Shown here: piece after piece, positions 19,433 through 28,981 of the stretch
Numbering within the stretch: the first letter of the stretch is position 1
How the letters are laid out: each line of letters starts with the position of its first letter
From: Patescibacteria group bacterium
GTDB lineage: Bacteria > Patescibacteriota > Patescibacteriia > Magasanikbacterales > GWA2-37-8
Length of the DNA: 64,000 nt
Assembly (NCBI GenBank): GCA_041651015.1
Contig: JBAZKA010000003.1
Span: 42,572-106,571, forward strand
Direction of reading: 5' to 3'
The notes under the pieces: model-generated
Seen by the model: only the letters and a program-made list of their open reading frames with translations
Told to the model about the DNA's origin: nothing
Databases searched by the model: none
Program-made: the position numbers and the translations under genes

Positions 19433-20305
19433 TTATAAAATGCTTCCTTCCCTGTCCTCATCGTCAACTGCAATTGGTAATATATACACATCAGCGTTAT
19501 AACTATCAACCCCGACTAATTCCGCTTCACCGCGCGCAATAATTTCAAACGAACGGCAGTCAGGGCAACCGGCATCGCCATTGGGACACTTGAATCTTTC
19601 AATCTGACGCGCCATCTTAATTTGTCGCGCCACATCCAAAACGCGCGCCCTCCCCTCTTCCAAATCCGGCAAAATTTTGTCAGTCAACACATCGCTGAAA
19701 CCCAGGTACCAATAACCGGCATTAGACACTTTGCGCTTTTGACAATTCTGTACCAATAAATTATATATGGGCAGTTGCAGTGAACCTGCGTCCTCTTCAC
19801 GCTTGCCGGTTTTAAAATCAATAATTTGCACGCTGTCAATTTCCGGAAGGTATTTTAGCCAATCAATCTTGCCACACAAAATAATATTTTCTTCTTCGTC
19901 CAGCCAAAAATATGGCAGATCCATATTTATTTTTACCGAGAGTTCTGTGATTGGTCCGGGGTGATTCATCACACGGCGCATCATTTCCTCGCCGCGCATG
20001 CGATAGCGATATTCCACTTCTTCGTTTGGAAAACCACCCTTTTTACCGCTAACATTTTTCCACGCTTCGTTAAATTTTGTCACCAATGAATCTTGCAAGC
20101 GTTTTTCGCGCGGTAAAACCGATAAAGATTCCAAAACCTCGTGCGCGATTTGCCCGAGCGCGAGCGAGGGTGTCATCAATTTTATCTTGTGATTATTTTT
20201 CGGGTCGCGATAAACATTTTTCAAATAATACGCGCGCGGACAACGCAAAAAATCACTGATGGAAGAATGGGAAACCCATGTAGCTGAATATTTATCAGGA
20301 GGCAT
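19433..20305 (-). CDS. PD-(D/E)XK nuclease, RecB/AddB/Cas4-like with Fe-S cysteines
   Basis: SHSSISDFLRCPRAYY, GQIAHEVLE, GKIDW, IIDFKTGK, QLPIY, C-terminal CPNGDAGCPDC. Confidence 0.85.
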   Translation of the reverse strand: MPPDKYSATWVSHSSISDFLRCPRAYYLKNVYRDPKNNHKIKLMTPSLALGQIAHEVLESLSVLPREKRLQDSLVTKFNEAWKNVSGKKGGFPNEEVEYRYRMRGEEMMRRVMNHPGPITELSVKINMDLPYFWLDEEENIILCGKIDWLKYLPEIDSVQIIDFKTGKREEDAGSLQLPIYNLLVQNCQKRKVSNAGYWYLGFSDVLTDKILPDLEEGRARVLDVARQIKMARQIERFKCPNGDAGCPDCRSFEIIARGEAELVGVDSYNADVYILPIAVDDEDREGSIL

Positions 20306-20306
20306 A

Positions 20307-20633
20307 TTATTTGTTTTCTTTTAAAGACAACGTGCGCGTCAATTCGGTAATTTCATGTTTTTGTTTTTCCACTTTTGCGGTCAAACGAAAGACGGAAAAA
20401 AATAATACAACTAAAGCCAGATAGACAACCAAATCAGCGCCTCGGCCAATACCAATTTTATTCGCGATAACAAATGTCGCGTCCGGCCAAACCACAATGC
20501 CGGCGGCCGCCACCCAAAACGCCAGCCAATAAACAAAACCGAGCAAACGAATGTCGCCGGCGCGAAATTGAACAAAAGCTTTAACTACGGCAAAGACGAA
20601 AAAAATCAGGAGCAAAATTTGGATTAGAGTCAT
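20307..20633 (-). CDS. DUF2304-like membrane protein
   Basis: GIGRGADLVVY, ITELTR; typical partner of the upstream GT2. Confidence 0.75.
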   Translation of the reverse strand: MTLIQILLLIFFVFAVVKAFVQFRAGDIRLLGFVYWLAFWVAAAGIVVWPDATFVIANKIGIGRGADLVVYLALVVLFFSVFRLTAKVEKQKHEITELTRTLSLKENK

Positions 20634-20634
20634 A

Positions 20635-21291
20635 TTAAAAAATTTTACCAAATAATAAATCTTTTAAAATCGCCAGGCCGCCCAAAGCGCTTTGGCCGTA
20701 TTCATTGTATCGCACCTCCACCGGACACTCGGAGTATTTGAGTTTGGCCCGACGCGTTTTGGCCACAATTTCTGAATTATGCGCCATTCTATCTTGAGTA
20801 ATCGTAATCGCTTCGTATGCGCGCCGATTCATCAGGCGGAAACCGTTATGGGCGTCGGTCAGGCGCACGCCGGTGATGCAAAAATTTATCAACCGCGCGA
20901 TTGGCAAAACAAAATATTTTTTACTAAAGGGAATTTTGGAACGCGCGTCTAAAAACCGGGAACCAAAAACAATGTCTAAATTATTTTCCCGCAATAATTT
21001 TTCAGCAATGCGGATATCAGCCGGATTGAATTGCCCGTCAGCATCAAAATGCGCCACCAAGTCCGCGCCATGGGCAAAAGCATAATCATTGCCGGTTCTA
21101 AGCGCCGCGCCTTGCCCGCGGTTAATCGCATGGCGCACCACCATTGCTCCGGCGCGGAGCGCTTCATCCGCGGTCTTGTCGGTTGAACCGTCGTCAACCG
21201 CCACCACCTTGGTAAAACCGTTTTCAAAAAGGCCGCGTATGACGCGACCTATTGATTTTTCTTCATTGTAGGCGGCAATGACGACAAACAT
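20635..21291 (-). CDS. Glycosyltransferase family 2 (DPM-synthase-like)
   Basis: IAAYNEE, VDDGSTD, NRGQGAAL, FDADGQF, GSRF, TDAHNGFR. Confidence 0.92.
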   Translation of the reverse strand: MFVVIAAYNEEKSIGRVIRGLFENGFTKVVAVDDGSTDKTADEALRAGAMVVRHAINRGQGAALRTGNDYAFAHGADLVAHFDADGQFNPADIRIAEKLLRENNLDIVFGSRFLDARSKIPFSKKYFVLPIARLINFCITGVRLTDAHNGFRLMNRRAYEAITITQDRMAHNSEIVAKTRRAKLKYSECPVEVRYNEYGQSALGGLAILKDLLFGKIF

Positions 21292-21293
21292 AA

Positions 21294-22316
21294 TTAACGT
21301 CTATGATTGAACATGAGGGATTCTTTGTTGGCCACCACATATTCAATGGTTTTCTCTAAACCATCCTCCAAGCGCACCAAAGGCATCCAGCCCAGAGAAT
21401 TTTTGGCAAAGGTCAAATCGGCCGCGCCTTTTTTCGTTAAAAATAATAGCGGTTGCTCAAACACAATTTTGGAATCTGAATTAGTCATCTGAATAATCAT
21501 CTTGGCCACATCGGCAAAACTGACAATTTTATCCTCGCCCAAATTAGTAACTTTGACTTCATTGTCGGAAGACATCAACTTAACTAACCCGCTTACCATA
21601 TCATCAACATAACAAAGCGAGGTGGTAAAATTTTCATCACCGTAAATCACCAAATCCTCGTTGTTGATAGAATTGATGATAAAATCCGGAATTAGCAATC
21701 CTTGGAACAATCGCATGCGCGGACCAAAAGTGGTAAACACGCGCGCGATCTTCGCGTCCAATCCATGTACTTGCGAATAAGTCGCCACGCAGGTTTCGGC
21801 AAATTTTTTGCCTTCATCATAGCAGGCGCGTTCGGATAAATGATTGACCAAACCGATATCGGTCTCTTTAAAAACATTTTTCGCGTCGGTCGCATCACCA
21901 TAAACCACCGAGCTGGACGCAAAAACATATTTGGCTTTGTGCTTGACAGCCAAATCCAACGTATTAAACAAGGCATCGGAATTGGCGTGCAAGGTCTGCA
22001 TCTTCAAACTTTCAAAATCTTTGGGGCTGGTCGGGCAGGCCAAGTGATAAATTTCCTGGATGCCTTGAAATTTTATTTTGAACTTATTTAATTCTTCAAA
22101 TTGGTCCGGATCAAACGGCTGGGAGATATCGTGATTAATAAATTCGAAATCCGGATATTGCAAGAGGTGGCTGATGTTGGACGGGTCGGAATTAGAAAAA
22201 TCATCAATACAAATAACTTTGGCTTCTTTGAGCAAGCGCTCGCAGAGATGCGAGCCGATAAAACCGGCGCCGCCGGTGACGAGTACGTTTTTCTTTTCAA
22301 AAATTGGGGTATCCAT
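21294..22316 (-). CDS. NAD-dependent epimerase/dehydratase, UDP-glucuronate decarboxylase-like
   Basis: VTGGAGFIGSHL, IYHLACPTSP, RACYDEGK, ARVFTTFGPRM. Confidence 0.88.
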   Translation of the reverse strand: MDTPIFEKKNVLVTGGAGFIGSHLCERLLKEAKVICIDDFSNSDPSNISHLLQYPDFEFINHDISQPFDPDQFEELNKFKIKFQGIQEIYHLACPTSPKDFESLKMQTLHANSDALFNTLDLAVKHKAKYVFASSSVVYGDATDAKNVFKETDIGLVNHLSERACYDEGKKFAETCVATYSQVHGLDAKIARVFTTFGPRMRLFQGLLIPDFIINSINNEDLVIYGDENFTTSLCYVDDMVSGLVKLMSSDNEVKVTNLGEDKIVSFADVAKMIIQMTNSDSKIVFEQPLLFLTKKGAADLTFAKNSLGWMPLVRLEDGLEKTIEYVVANKESLMFNHRR

Positions 22317-22364
22317 ATTTGAGTAATTGGTAGTTAGTAATTGGTAATTTGGGAAATTTTAGCG

Positions 22365-22427
22365 TGTCATCCTGAACTCGTTTCAGGATCTATGGCCGAA
22401 AGATGCTGAAACAAGTTCAGCATGACG
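22365..22427. repeat. Inverted pair of GTCAT-ended REP-like palindromes (REPIN-like)
   Basis: GTCATCCTGAACTCGTTTCAGGATCT ... AGATGCTGAAACAAGTTCAGCATGAC. Confidence 0.8.
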
Positions 22428-22467
22428 GTGAATTTAGTTTATCAAATAAGCCTATTTTAAGCAAGTA

Positions 22468-24384
22468 TTATAATAATTTTGGCAAGACAACTGTTTTTAA
22501 CACCACCCCCTTGCCGGTGGCGACTTTAAATTCACCTCCGGTCAATTGATAGCGTAAAATATCGTATAAACCGTCGTGATTATAATCATCGGCTGTGAAG
22601 CGCGACGACACCGCTGATTTTGGGTATGCTTCTCGGCTGAAAGACCCGGAATCTAAATCCAAAGTGACAAGCGAACTGCCGGCCGAGTCGCCAATGGCCG
22701 CGACTGCTTGTTCACCGCCTCCCCGCCACACTTTCTTGATTATCAACCGCTCCACACTTTTGGCCGGCGATCCAACGACAGTTTGGAGCTTCAGGCCGGT
22801 AAAATCATACTTGTTTAGTGTGAGTTTGCCCGATGCCACACGAGCGCTCCAAAAATTTCCCAGCGAGTCCAAAGAATAATCCCCTATCGCGCCGGAAAAA
22901 GAAAATGAATTTTTGAGCGCGCCGTGCAAATTATAAATCGCCACGCGAGTGGATTTTTTCACGCCATCATAACCGGAGACGACCGCGCGCCACTCGCCGC
23001 CCAAATAAAATAATTTCAACTTATCATAAGTTTTATCCAATTTCCACGAACCGGACAAAATCCCGTTATCGGCATAAACAAAAATTTTGGAACCATTTTT
23101 TGTTTTGGTCAACGCCATGGTATAATCATCCGCCACCCAGTCTGAATCAACAATCTGTTCGCCCGCATTGGCGAGATAAATATTTTTTTCGCCCTCCGCG
23201 TCATAGCAATACAGCTTGGTTGATTTGTAATAACAAATTCTATTTAAATCGCCGGACGCGTGTTCTTCAGTCGCGGCTCGCGCCACCGCCGAAGCCACAT
23301 TCAACCGGCCATAACCCATTTGACCGGCAAATCCTGAATTTTTGGCGTCCACATCATCGGACGATGAAAGTAAAACAGAAATAATATCACGCGCCGTCCA
23401 TTCTGGACGCACGGATTTAACAAGCGCGGCTGTTCCGGCCACCAGCGGAGCGGAAAATGATGTCCCCTGCCAAGGCCCGCTAAAGACATTGTGTCCATTC
23501 TCATAAGACACTCTTTGGATGCTGTAAATATTTTCTCCGGGTGCCGACAAATCCACACAAGTGCCATAATTGGCAAAATCGCTTAGCCTATCCGCGCTAT
23601 CAACCGACGTCACTCCGATCAGCCAATTTTCGCTATCTTCACGATCAAAACATATGGGGTAATTCGGCGACTCATTTTCATCGCCTTTACCAATCACACG
23701 GTTGTTGCCGGCCGCCACCGTCACCATGATACCGCGATCATAAGCGCGACGCAGAGCATAACTCAAATCCTCATCATTGGCATTGCCGACAAAACTAATG
23801 TTTATGATATCCGCCCCATTATCTACCGCATAATTTATCGCTTTGGTGATGGTTTCATAAACACCGGAACCATAATTATCAATCGCCCGAATAGGCATAA
23901 TTTTAATTTTCCAATTAAGTCCGGCGCCAAACACATTATTATTTCCGATGGCGCCAATCAAACCGGCAATGGCCGTGCCGTGTGATAATGTCTCTTCATC
24001 AACTATATTATTATTTGAATCGATCACTTGCGGGTCATTATTATTCTCAATAAAATTCCACCCGCGCACATCGTCAATATAACCGTTTTGATCATCGTCA
24101 ATGCCGTTGTCCGCTATTTCATCGCTATTGGTCCAGATATTTCCCGCCAAATCCGGATGGTTATAATTTACGCCAATATCAATCACCGCCACAACGGTAT
24201 CAGGTGAGCCGGTCGTAGTCTGCCAGGCCTCTGGCGCGTTAATTTGCGCCCACATGGCCTGCTGATATGAATATCCCTGGTCGTTCAGCGCCGCGGCACT
24301 AACCGGAACCGCCAAAAACAAAAACAAGCCTGCCATCAGGCCAAATATTGATTTTTTTGCCAAAATATAATATGATGAGGTCAT
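22468..24384 (-). CDS. Secreted S8 (subtilisin-like) serine protease
   Basis: Signal peptide; VAVIDIG, SHGTAIAG, AAGN, GTSFSAP catalytic motifs; beta-rich C-terminus. Confidence 0.92.
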   Translation of the reverse strand: MTSSYYILAKKSIFGLMAGLFLFLAVPVSAAALNDQGYSYQQAMWAQINAPEAWQTTTGSPDTVVAVIDIGVNYNHPDLAGNIWTNSDEIADNGIDDDQNGYIDDVRGWNFIENNNDPQVIDSNNNIVDEETLSHGTAIAGLIGAIGNNNVFGAGLNWKIKIMPIRAIDNYGSGVYETITKAINYAVDNGADIINISFVGNANDEDLSYALRRAYDRGIMVTVAAGNNRVIGKGDENESPNYPICFDREDSENWLIGVTSVDSADRLSDFANYGTCVDLSAPGENIYSIQRVSYENGHNVFSGPWQGTSFSAPLVAGTAALVKSVRPEWTARDIISVLLSSSDDVDAKNSGFAGQMGYGRLNVASAVARAATEEHASGDLNRICYYKSTKLYCYDAEGEKNIYLANAGEQIVDSDWVADDYTMALTKTKNGSKIFVYADNGILSGSWKLDKTYDKLKLFYLGGEWRAVVSGYDGVKKSTRVAIYNLHGALKNSFSFSGAIGDYSLDSLGNFWSARVASGKLTLNKYDFTGLKLQTVVGSPAKSVERLIIKKVWRGGGEQAVAAIGDSAGSSLVTLDLDSGSFSREAYPKSAVSSRFTADDYNHDGLYDILRYQLTGGEFKVATGKGVVLKTVVLPKLL

Positions 24385-24430
24385 ACCGTTCCATTATATT
24401 ATACATCATAATACAACCTCCGAACAACCT

Positions 24431-25819
24431 ATGTTTCACCGAATCAAACAAATTACCCTTGTGCTCGGCGACCTGCTGGTGCTAAATCTGTCGCTATGCG
24501 TCGCTTTGTGGCTCAGATATTTCTCATGGCCGGCCGACCAATGGGCGGAACTGTTTTATCCCATGGCCGGATTATTTACCGCCGCCATTATTATTTTTTT
24601 CGTTGTCGGCCTCTACGACATCGGGCAAGCCAAAAATAATCTGAGATTTTTCCAAAAAATCTATATCGGTTTGAGCATCTGGCTGGTGTTTGGTTTAATA
24701 TTTTTTTACTTAAACCATAAAATTACCGCTCAACCAAAAACCATCATCGCACTCTGCGCCCTAGTCGGGGCAGTGTTGATTTCTGTCTGGCGCGCTCTGC
24801 ACAATAAATTTTTATCAAAATCAATTCTCAAGACAAACATTGTATTTGTCGGTCTGTCGCCCGAAGTATTTGAACTGATCGCCAAAATTGAACGCGAACC
24901 CGCGCTCGGTTATGAAATAGTCGGGCTAATTCGCACTCCGCACGACACTTGCCAAGAACAATTGCCCGGATTATCCGGATATATCACGACCGATAATTTG
25001 AACGAGCTGGCGACAAAACAAAATAAGGCCGCGCAAATTTACATTATCGCGCCACAAGCGGCGCAAGACGAAAATTTTTCCAAGGAACTTTACGCGAGAT
25101 TATTTGAACAATCCGGCACTATCTTTCTAGCCAGATTTTATGAAGACATAATGACCCGAATTCCACCGTTTATTTTTTCCGATACATGGTTTCTGGCAAA
25201 TCTGGATGAACAAAGAAAAAAAATTTACGACCGCGCCAGAATTTTTGTGGATTTTATCTTTGCCGGATTTATGGCTGTGACTTTTGCCATTTCATTTCCT
25301 TTTGTCGCCCTGGCGATTAAATTATCTTCGCCCGGGCCCGTATTTTTTATTCAGGAACGAGTCGGCCGGAATGGCAAAACATTTAAAATTATTAAATACC
25401 GCACTATGAAAGTGTTGTCGGCCGACGGCAGCGCCGAGACCGGCGGCGCGCAATATGCGTCAGTTAATGACGCGCGAATTACCTCGGTTGGAAATTTCTT
25501 ACGCAAATCGCGGATTGATGAACTACCTCAATTTATAAATATTTTCCACAATGAAATGGCTTTGGTCGGCCCGCGCCCCGAGCGTCCGGAATTTGTGGCC
25601 GAGCTTTCCACCAAGATGCCCTACTACTCTTTACGCCATTTGATCAAACCCGGACTGACCGGCTGGGCGCAAATCCAAAAATCTTACTACGGCACAATTG
25701 AAGAAAACTTACGCAAGCTTGAATTTGATTTATATTATCTAAAAAATCGCGGCGTCATTTTGGATACCGCGATTATACTTCGGACGTTTAATATCTTGGG
25801 GAGATTGGGGGGGAGATAA
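24431..25819 (+). CDS. Polyprenyl-phosphate glycosyl-1-phosphate transferase (WcaJ/WbaP-like)
   Basis: N-terminal TMs; PGPVFFIQERVG, KYRTM, RKSRIDELPQ, VGPRPERP, KPGLTGWAQI, DLYY. Confidence 0.92.
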   Translation: MFHRIKQITLVLGDLLVLNLSLCVALWLRYFSWPADQWAELFYPMAGLFTAAIIIFFVVGLYDIGQAKNNLRFFQKIYIGLSIWLVFGLIFFYLNHKITAQPKTIIALCALVGAVLISVWRALHNKFLSKSILKTNIVFVGLSPEVFELIAKIEREPALGYEIVGLIRTPHDTCQEQLPGLSGYITTDNLNELATKQNKAAQIYIIAPQAAQDENFSKELYARLFEQSGTIFLARFYEDIMTRIPPFIFSDTWFLANLDEQRKKIYDRARIFVDFIFAGFMAVTFAISFPFVALAIKLSSPGPVFFIQERVGRNGKTFKIIKYRTMKVLSADGSAETGGAQYASVNDARITSVGNFLRKSRIDELPQFINIFHNEMALVGPRPERPEFVAELSTKMPYYSLRHLIKPGLTGWAQIQKSYYGTIEENLRKLEFDLYYLKNRGVILDTAIILRTFNILGRLGGR

Positions 25820-25846
25820 AAAAGCCGCGCCGGAGGACCGGCGCGG
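25818..25846. terminator. Intrinsic terminator (U-tract on minus strand)
   Basis: CCGCGCCGG-4-CCGGCGCGG perfect 9-bp stem plus A6. Confidence 0.8.
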
Positions 25847-25889
25847 GAAAGAGACTGAAGGGAGAAGGAGCTGCATGGGATTATTATGC

Positions 25890-25964
25890 TTAAGTACTAA
25901 ACGCGAGTGCAAAGGCAATCACAACGGGCCCTAATATCAACACCCAATCAATATTTTTTAACAT
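25890..25964 (-). CDS. 24-aa hydrophobic peptide MLKNIDWVLILGPVVIAFALAFST
   Basis: AAGGAGG SD 5 nt before ATG; own promoter and terminator. Confidence 0.7.
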   Translation of the reverse strand: MLKNIDWVLILGPVVIAFALAFST

Positions 25965-25992
25965 TTTGTCCTCCTTTTGGTTTCTAAAAATT

Positions 25993-26021
25993 ATCATAAT
26001 ATAAAAAGACAGGCGTGTCAA
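25993..26021 (-). promoter_or_regulatory. Sigma70 promoter of the 24-aa peptide gene
   Basis: TTGACA-17-TATGAT. Confidence 0.75.
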
Positions 26022-26058
26022 TGGCACACCTGCTTTTTTAGTCGGTTCTGAAAACCGT

Positions 26059-26099
26059 GGGATTGCCACGTCGCCCCTTCGGGGCTCCTCGCAATGACA
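26059..26099. repeat. GTCAT-ended REP-like palindrome
   Basis: GGGATTGCCACGTCGCCCCTTCGGGGCTCCTCGCAATGACA directly after the pyrG stop. Confidence 0.7.
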
Positions 26100-26100
26100 A

Positions 26101-27729
26101 TTACTTTTTACTCACCGCCGCTTTAATCAAACCCATAAACAACGGATGCGGGGCGAGCGGACGGGATTTTAATTCCGGATGAAATTGCGAACCGACAAAA
26201 AACGGATGGTCTTTGAGTTCAATTATTTCCACCAAATCTGATTCTTTGTTTATACCGACTATTTTCAGGCCGGCCTTATCCAGTTCATCGCGATACTTAT
26301 TATTAAACTCAAAACGATGGCGATGGCGCTCGGAAATTTTATCCGTGCCATATAATTTCTGCACTTTACTCCCCGGTTTCAATTCACAATCATAAGCGCC
26401 CAGGCGCATGGTCCCGCCGTATTTCGCCTCTTGAATATTTTTCGCTTGATTGGGATTGACTTGGATAATAATGTTTGAACTTTTCGGATTGCATTCCACC
26501 GTGTGCGCGTCTCTGTAGCCCAGGACATCGCGCGCGAATTCAATGGCCGCGAGTTGCATGCCATAACACAAGCCAAGATACGGAATTTTATTTTCCCGCG
26601 CGTATTTAATCGCGGATATCACACCTTCCACTCCGCGTGTGCCAAATCCGCCCGGTACGACAATGGCGTCGAACCCGGACAATTCCTTCAATAGTTTGAC
26701 GTCTTTTTCATATTTTTCCGCGTCCACCCAAACCAATTCCGGCGATGCGCCATTATACCAAGAGGCGGTCTTGATGGCTTCAATCACTGAAATATACGAA
26801 TCGGCCAAAGTATAATTGCCGGTGCCAAAATATTTACCAATCACCGCCACTTTAATTTTTTTCTTAGCGGTATTTTTTTTGTTGATAAAGGCCGCCCACT
26901 CTTTGCCGTCTTTTTCTTTCAATTTCAATTTTAATTTCTTGGCGATAACCTTGCTGATATTATATTTTTCAAAATTATCCGGAATATCATAAATGGATTT
27001 CACATCCGGTGCCGGAATAATATCTTCTTTGGATTTAAGCGAACAGAAGAAAGCTAATTTTTCACGGCGCGGTTCATCCAATTCATCCTCTCCGCGAGCA
27101 ATAATAATATCCGCCTGCAAACCGGAATTGTTAAGCGTGCGGGCGGCGAACTGAGTAGGCTTGGTTTTCATCTCGCCCAAATGTCCGGGCACGGGCAAAT
27201 AGCTGACCAAAACAAAAATCACATCATCAGGCGTATCCATCTTCATCATGCGGGCCGCTTCCAGAAATAACACATTTTGATACTCGCCCAATGTACCGCC
27301 GATTTCAATCATCATTACTTGGGCTTTGGTTTTCTTGGCAGCGTTTTTGATCCGACCGATAACTTCCAACGGAATGTGCGGTACCACCTCCACGCAACGG
27401 CCCTTGTAGGCCATGCTTCGTTCCTTTTGGATGACGCTCTGGTAAATGCGTCCGGTGGTCATGTAGTTGATGGAAAAAATATCCGAGTTCAAAAATCTTT
27501 CATAATTTCCAATGTCCTGATCTGTCTCGTCGCCATCATCAGTCACAAATACTTCTCCGTGCTCAATCGGGTTCATGGTGCCGGCATCAACATTTATATA
27601 CGGGTCAATTTTCACGGCCGACGCGTGGATGCCATGATTTTCCAAAATGCGTCCGATTGACGCGACTGTAATCCCCTTGCCCACTCCGCTCATCACCCCC
27701 CCGATCACGAAAATGTATTTCGTCTTCAT
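26101..27729 (-). CDS. pyrG: CTP synthase
   Basis: GGVMSGVGKG, KIDPYINVDAGTM, PGGFG, GLCYGMQ, ERHRHRFE, QFHPE. Confidence 0.98.
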   Translation of the reverse strand: MKTKYIFVIGGVMSGVGKGITVASIGRILENHGIHASAVKIDPYINVDAGTMNPIEHGEVFVTDDGDETDQDIGNYERFLNSDIFSINYMTTGRIYQSVIQKERSMAYKGRCVEVVPHIPLEVIGRIKNAAKKTKAQVMMIEIGGTLGEYQNVLFLEAARMMKMDTPDDVIFVLVSYLPVPGHLGEMKTKPTQFAARTLNNSGLQADIIIARGEDELDEPRREKLAFFCSLKSKEDIIPAPDVKSIYDIPDNFEKYNISKVIAKKLKLKLKEKDGKEWAAFINKKNTAKKKIKVAVIGKYFGTGNYTLADSYISVIEAIKTASWYNGASPELVWVDAEKYEKDVKLLKELSGFDAIVVPGGFGTRGVEGVISAIKYARENKIPYLGLCYGMQLAAIEFARDVLGYRDAHTVECNPKSSNIIIQVNPNQAKNIQEAKYGGTMRLGAYDCELKPGSKVQKLYGTDKISERHRHRFEFNNKYRDELDKAGLKIVGINKESDLVEIIELKDHPFFVGSQFHPELKSRPLAPHPLFMGLIKAAVSKK

Positions 27730-27773
27730 AAATTAAATCAGTTTATTGGTTTACTGGTTTATTAGTTTATTTG

Positions 27774-28469
27774 TTAATCAACATATGCCTCAATCTGCGC
27801 GACTTTATTTATTATTTTTAGTTTTTCAGCCAGTTCGGGAAATATCGTTTTTTGTCTTAATCCCATCCATAAATCATCCAATAATGACGACCCCGGGTAT
27901 GGATGCAAATTATAATTTTTGCCTTCAAGACCCAAACCATTAAGAAGAAAGGGCAATTCGTCAATAATGTAGGCGGCTAATCTATCCAATTTATCACGAC
28001 CAAAACCATCCACGCGTTTTTTAAAATTTTCTTTAATTATGTCTAAAATATATTGATGAAATTCAGTATCGTTTTCAAACTCTTCAACAATTACTGAAAT
28101 TGAATCTTTGTAAAATTGCGATTCTTTATAGTCCCGCCATTTTGCTATTTTTATCAAATGTCGTTTTTCTTTCGGCAAACTATTTTTTATTTCATTTATC
28201 ATAACCTCTATCTCCGTGCCTTTTCTTAAGGCCACACTCGCAGCCCTCTCGGCTGAATAACCATCAAACACTTCATAATTAATGGCATGAATTTCATCCG
28301 CAATCAATATCGCCACATCATCTTTGGTTTTGTCTAATGCCCATAAAATATATTTTTCAATATTTTCTTTTGAAAAGTATTTATTCCCCAAACTGATTCC
28401 GACAAAAAAATTGAATTGTCTTGCATCTATTTCGTCTTGCGTGCAGTTAAAATATTTTTCTATCCGCAT
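27774..28469 (-). CDS. tRNA-dependent cyclodipeptide synthase (XYP-type)
   Basis: 231 aa; GISLGNKYFS (catalytic Ser motif), IADEIHAINY, AYIIDELPFL (Y..E.P), YPG. Confidence 0.8.
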   Translation of the reverse strand: MRIEKYFNCTQDEIDARQFNFFVGISLGNKYFSKENIEKYILWALDKTKDDVAILIADEIHAINYEVFDGYSAERAASVALRKGTEIEVMINEIKNSLPKEKRHLIKIAKWRDYKESQFYKDSISVIVEEFENDTEFHQYILDIIKENFKKRVDGFGRDKLDRLAAYIIDELPFLLNGLGLEGKNYNLHPYPGSSLLDDLWMGLRQKTIFPELAEKLKIINKVAQIEAYVD

Positions 28470-28472
28470 ATT

Positions 28473-28925
28473 TCATTTTTTCTCACCAAGTCCGACCACC
28501 ACCAAACTTAATTTTGCTTCCAACCCATGGCGCAATTTGACGCGCGCTTCATATTCACCCGGTTCTTTGATTGGTTTGATAGTAATATTATTTTTGGCTA
28601 CATCAAAACCCATCTTTTTCAAGGCGTCGCTGATTTTCTGAGCGGTGACAGCCGCATACAAAAAACCGGCTTCGTTGGTCTTCTCGGTGATAGTCACCGG
28701 GAGTCCATCTAGCCGGCTGGCAAGCGACTGCTGGGTTCTTAATTCTTCTTCCGAGGCTTTGGCCCGGCGGGCGCGGTCGGTCTTGAGGTCGTTTAACGAC
28801 TTGGGCGACGCGGAAATAGCCAGATGGTTGGGGAACAAAAAATTCGTGGCATAACCATCGGCTACGTTTACTATATCATCAATAGCGCCAAGTCCAGGGA
28901 CTTTGGCGAGGAGGATTACCTGCAT
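28473..28925 (-). CDS. rplI: 50S ribosomal protein L9
   Basis: MQVILLAKVPGLG..VNVADGYATNFLFP; LYAAVT; PIKEPGEY. Confidence 0.95.
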   Translation of the reverse strand: MQVILLAKVPGLGAIDDIVNVADGYATNFLFPNHLAISASPKSLNDLKTDRARRAKASEEELRTQQSLASRLDGLPVTITEKTNEAGFLYAAVTAQKISDALKKMGFDVAKNNITIKPIKEPGEYEARVKLRHGLEAKLSLVVVGLGEKK

Positions 28926-28981
28926 AGACTTGTAATTAGTTCGCACATATTATACAATAAGACCCAAGGAAATTCAAAATA

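Noticed and set aside
19433-20305. CRISPR-Cas locus suggested by the Cas4-like nuclease
   Set aside because: No repeat-spacer array or other cas genes in the window
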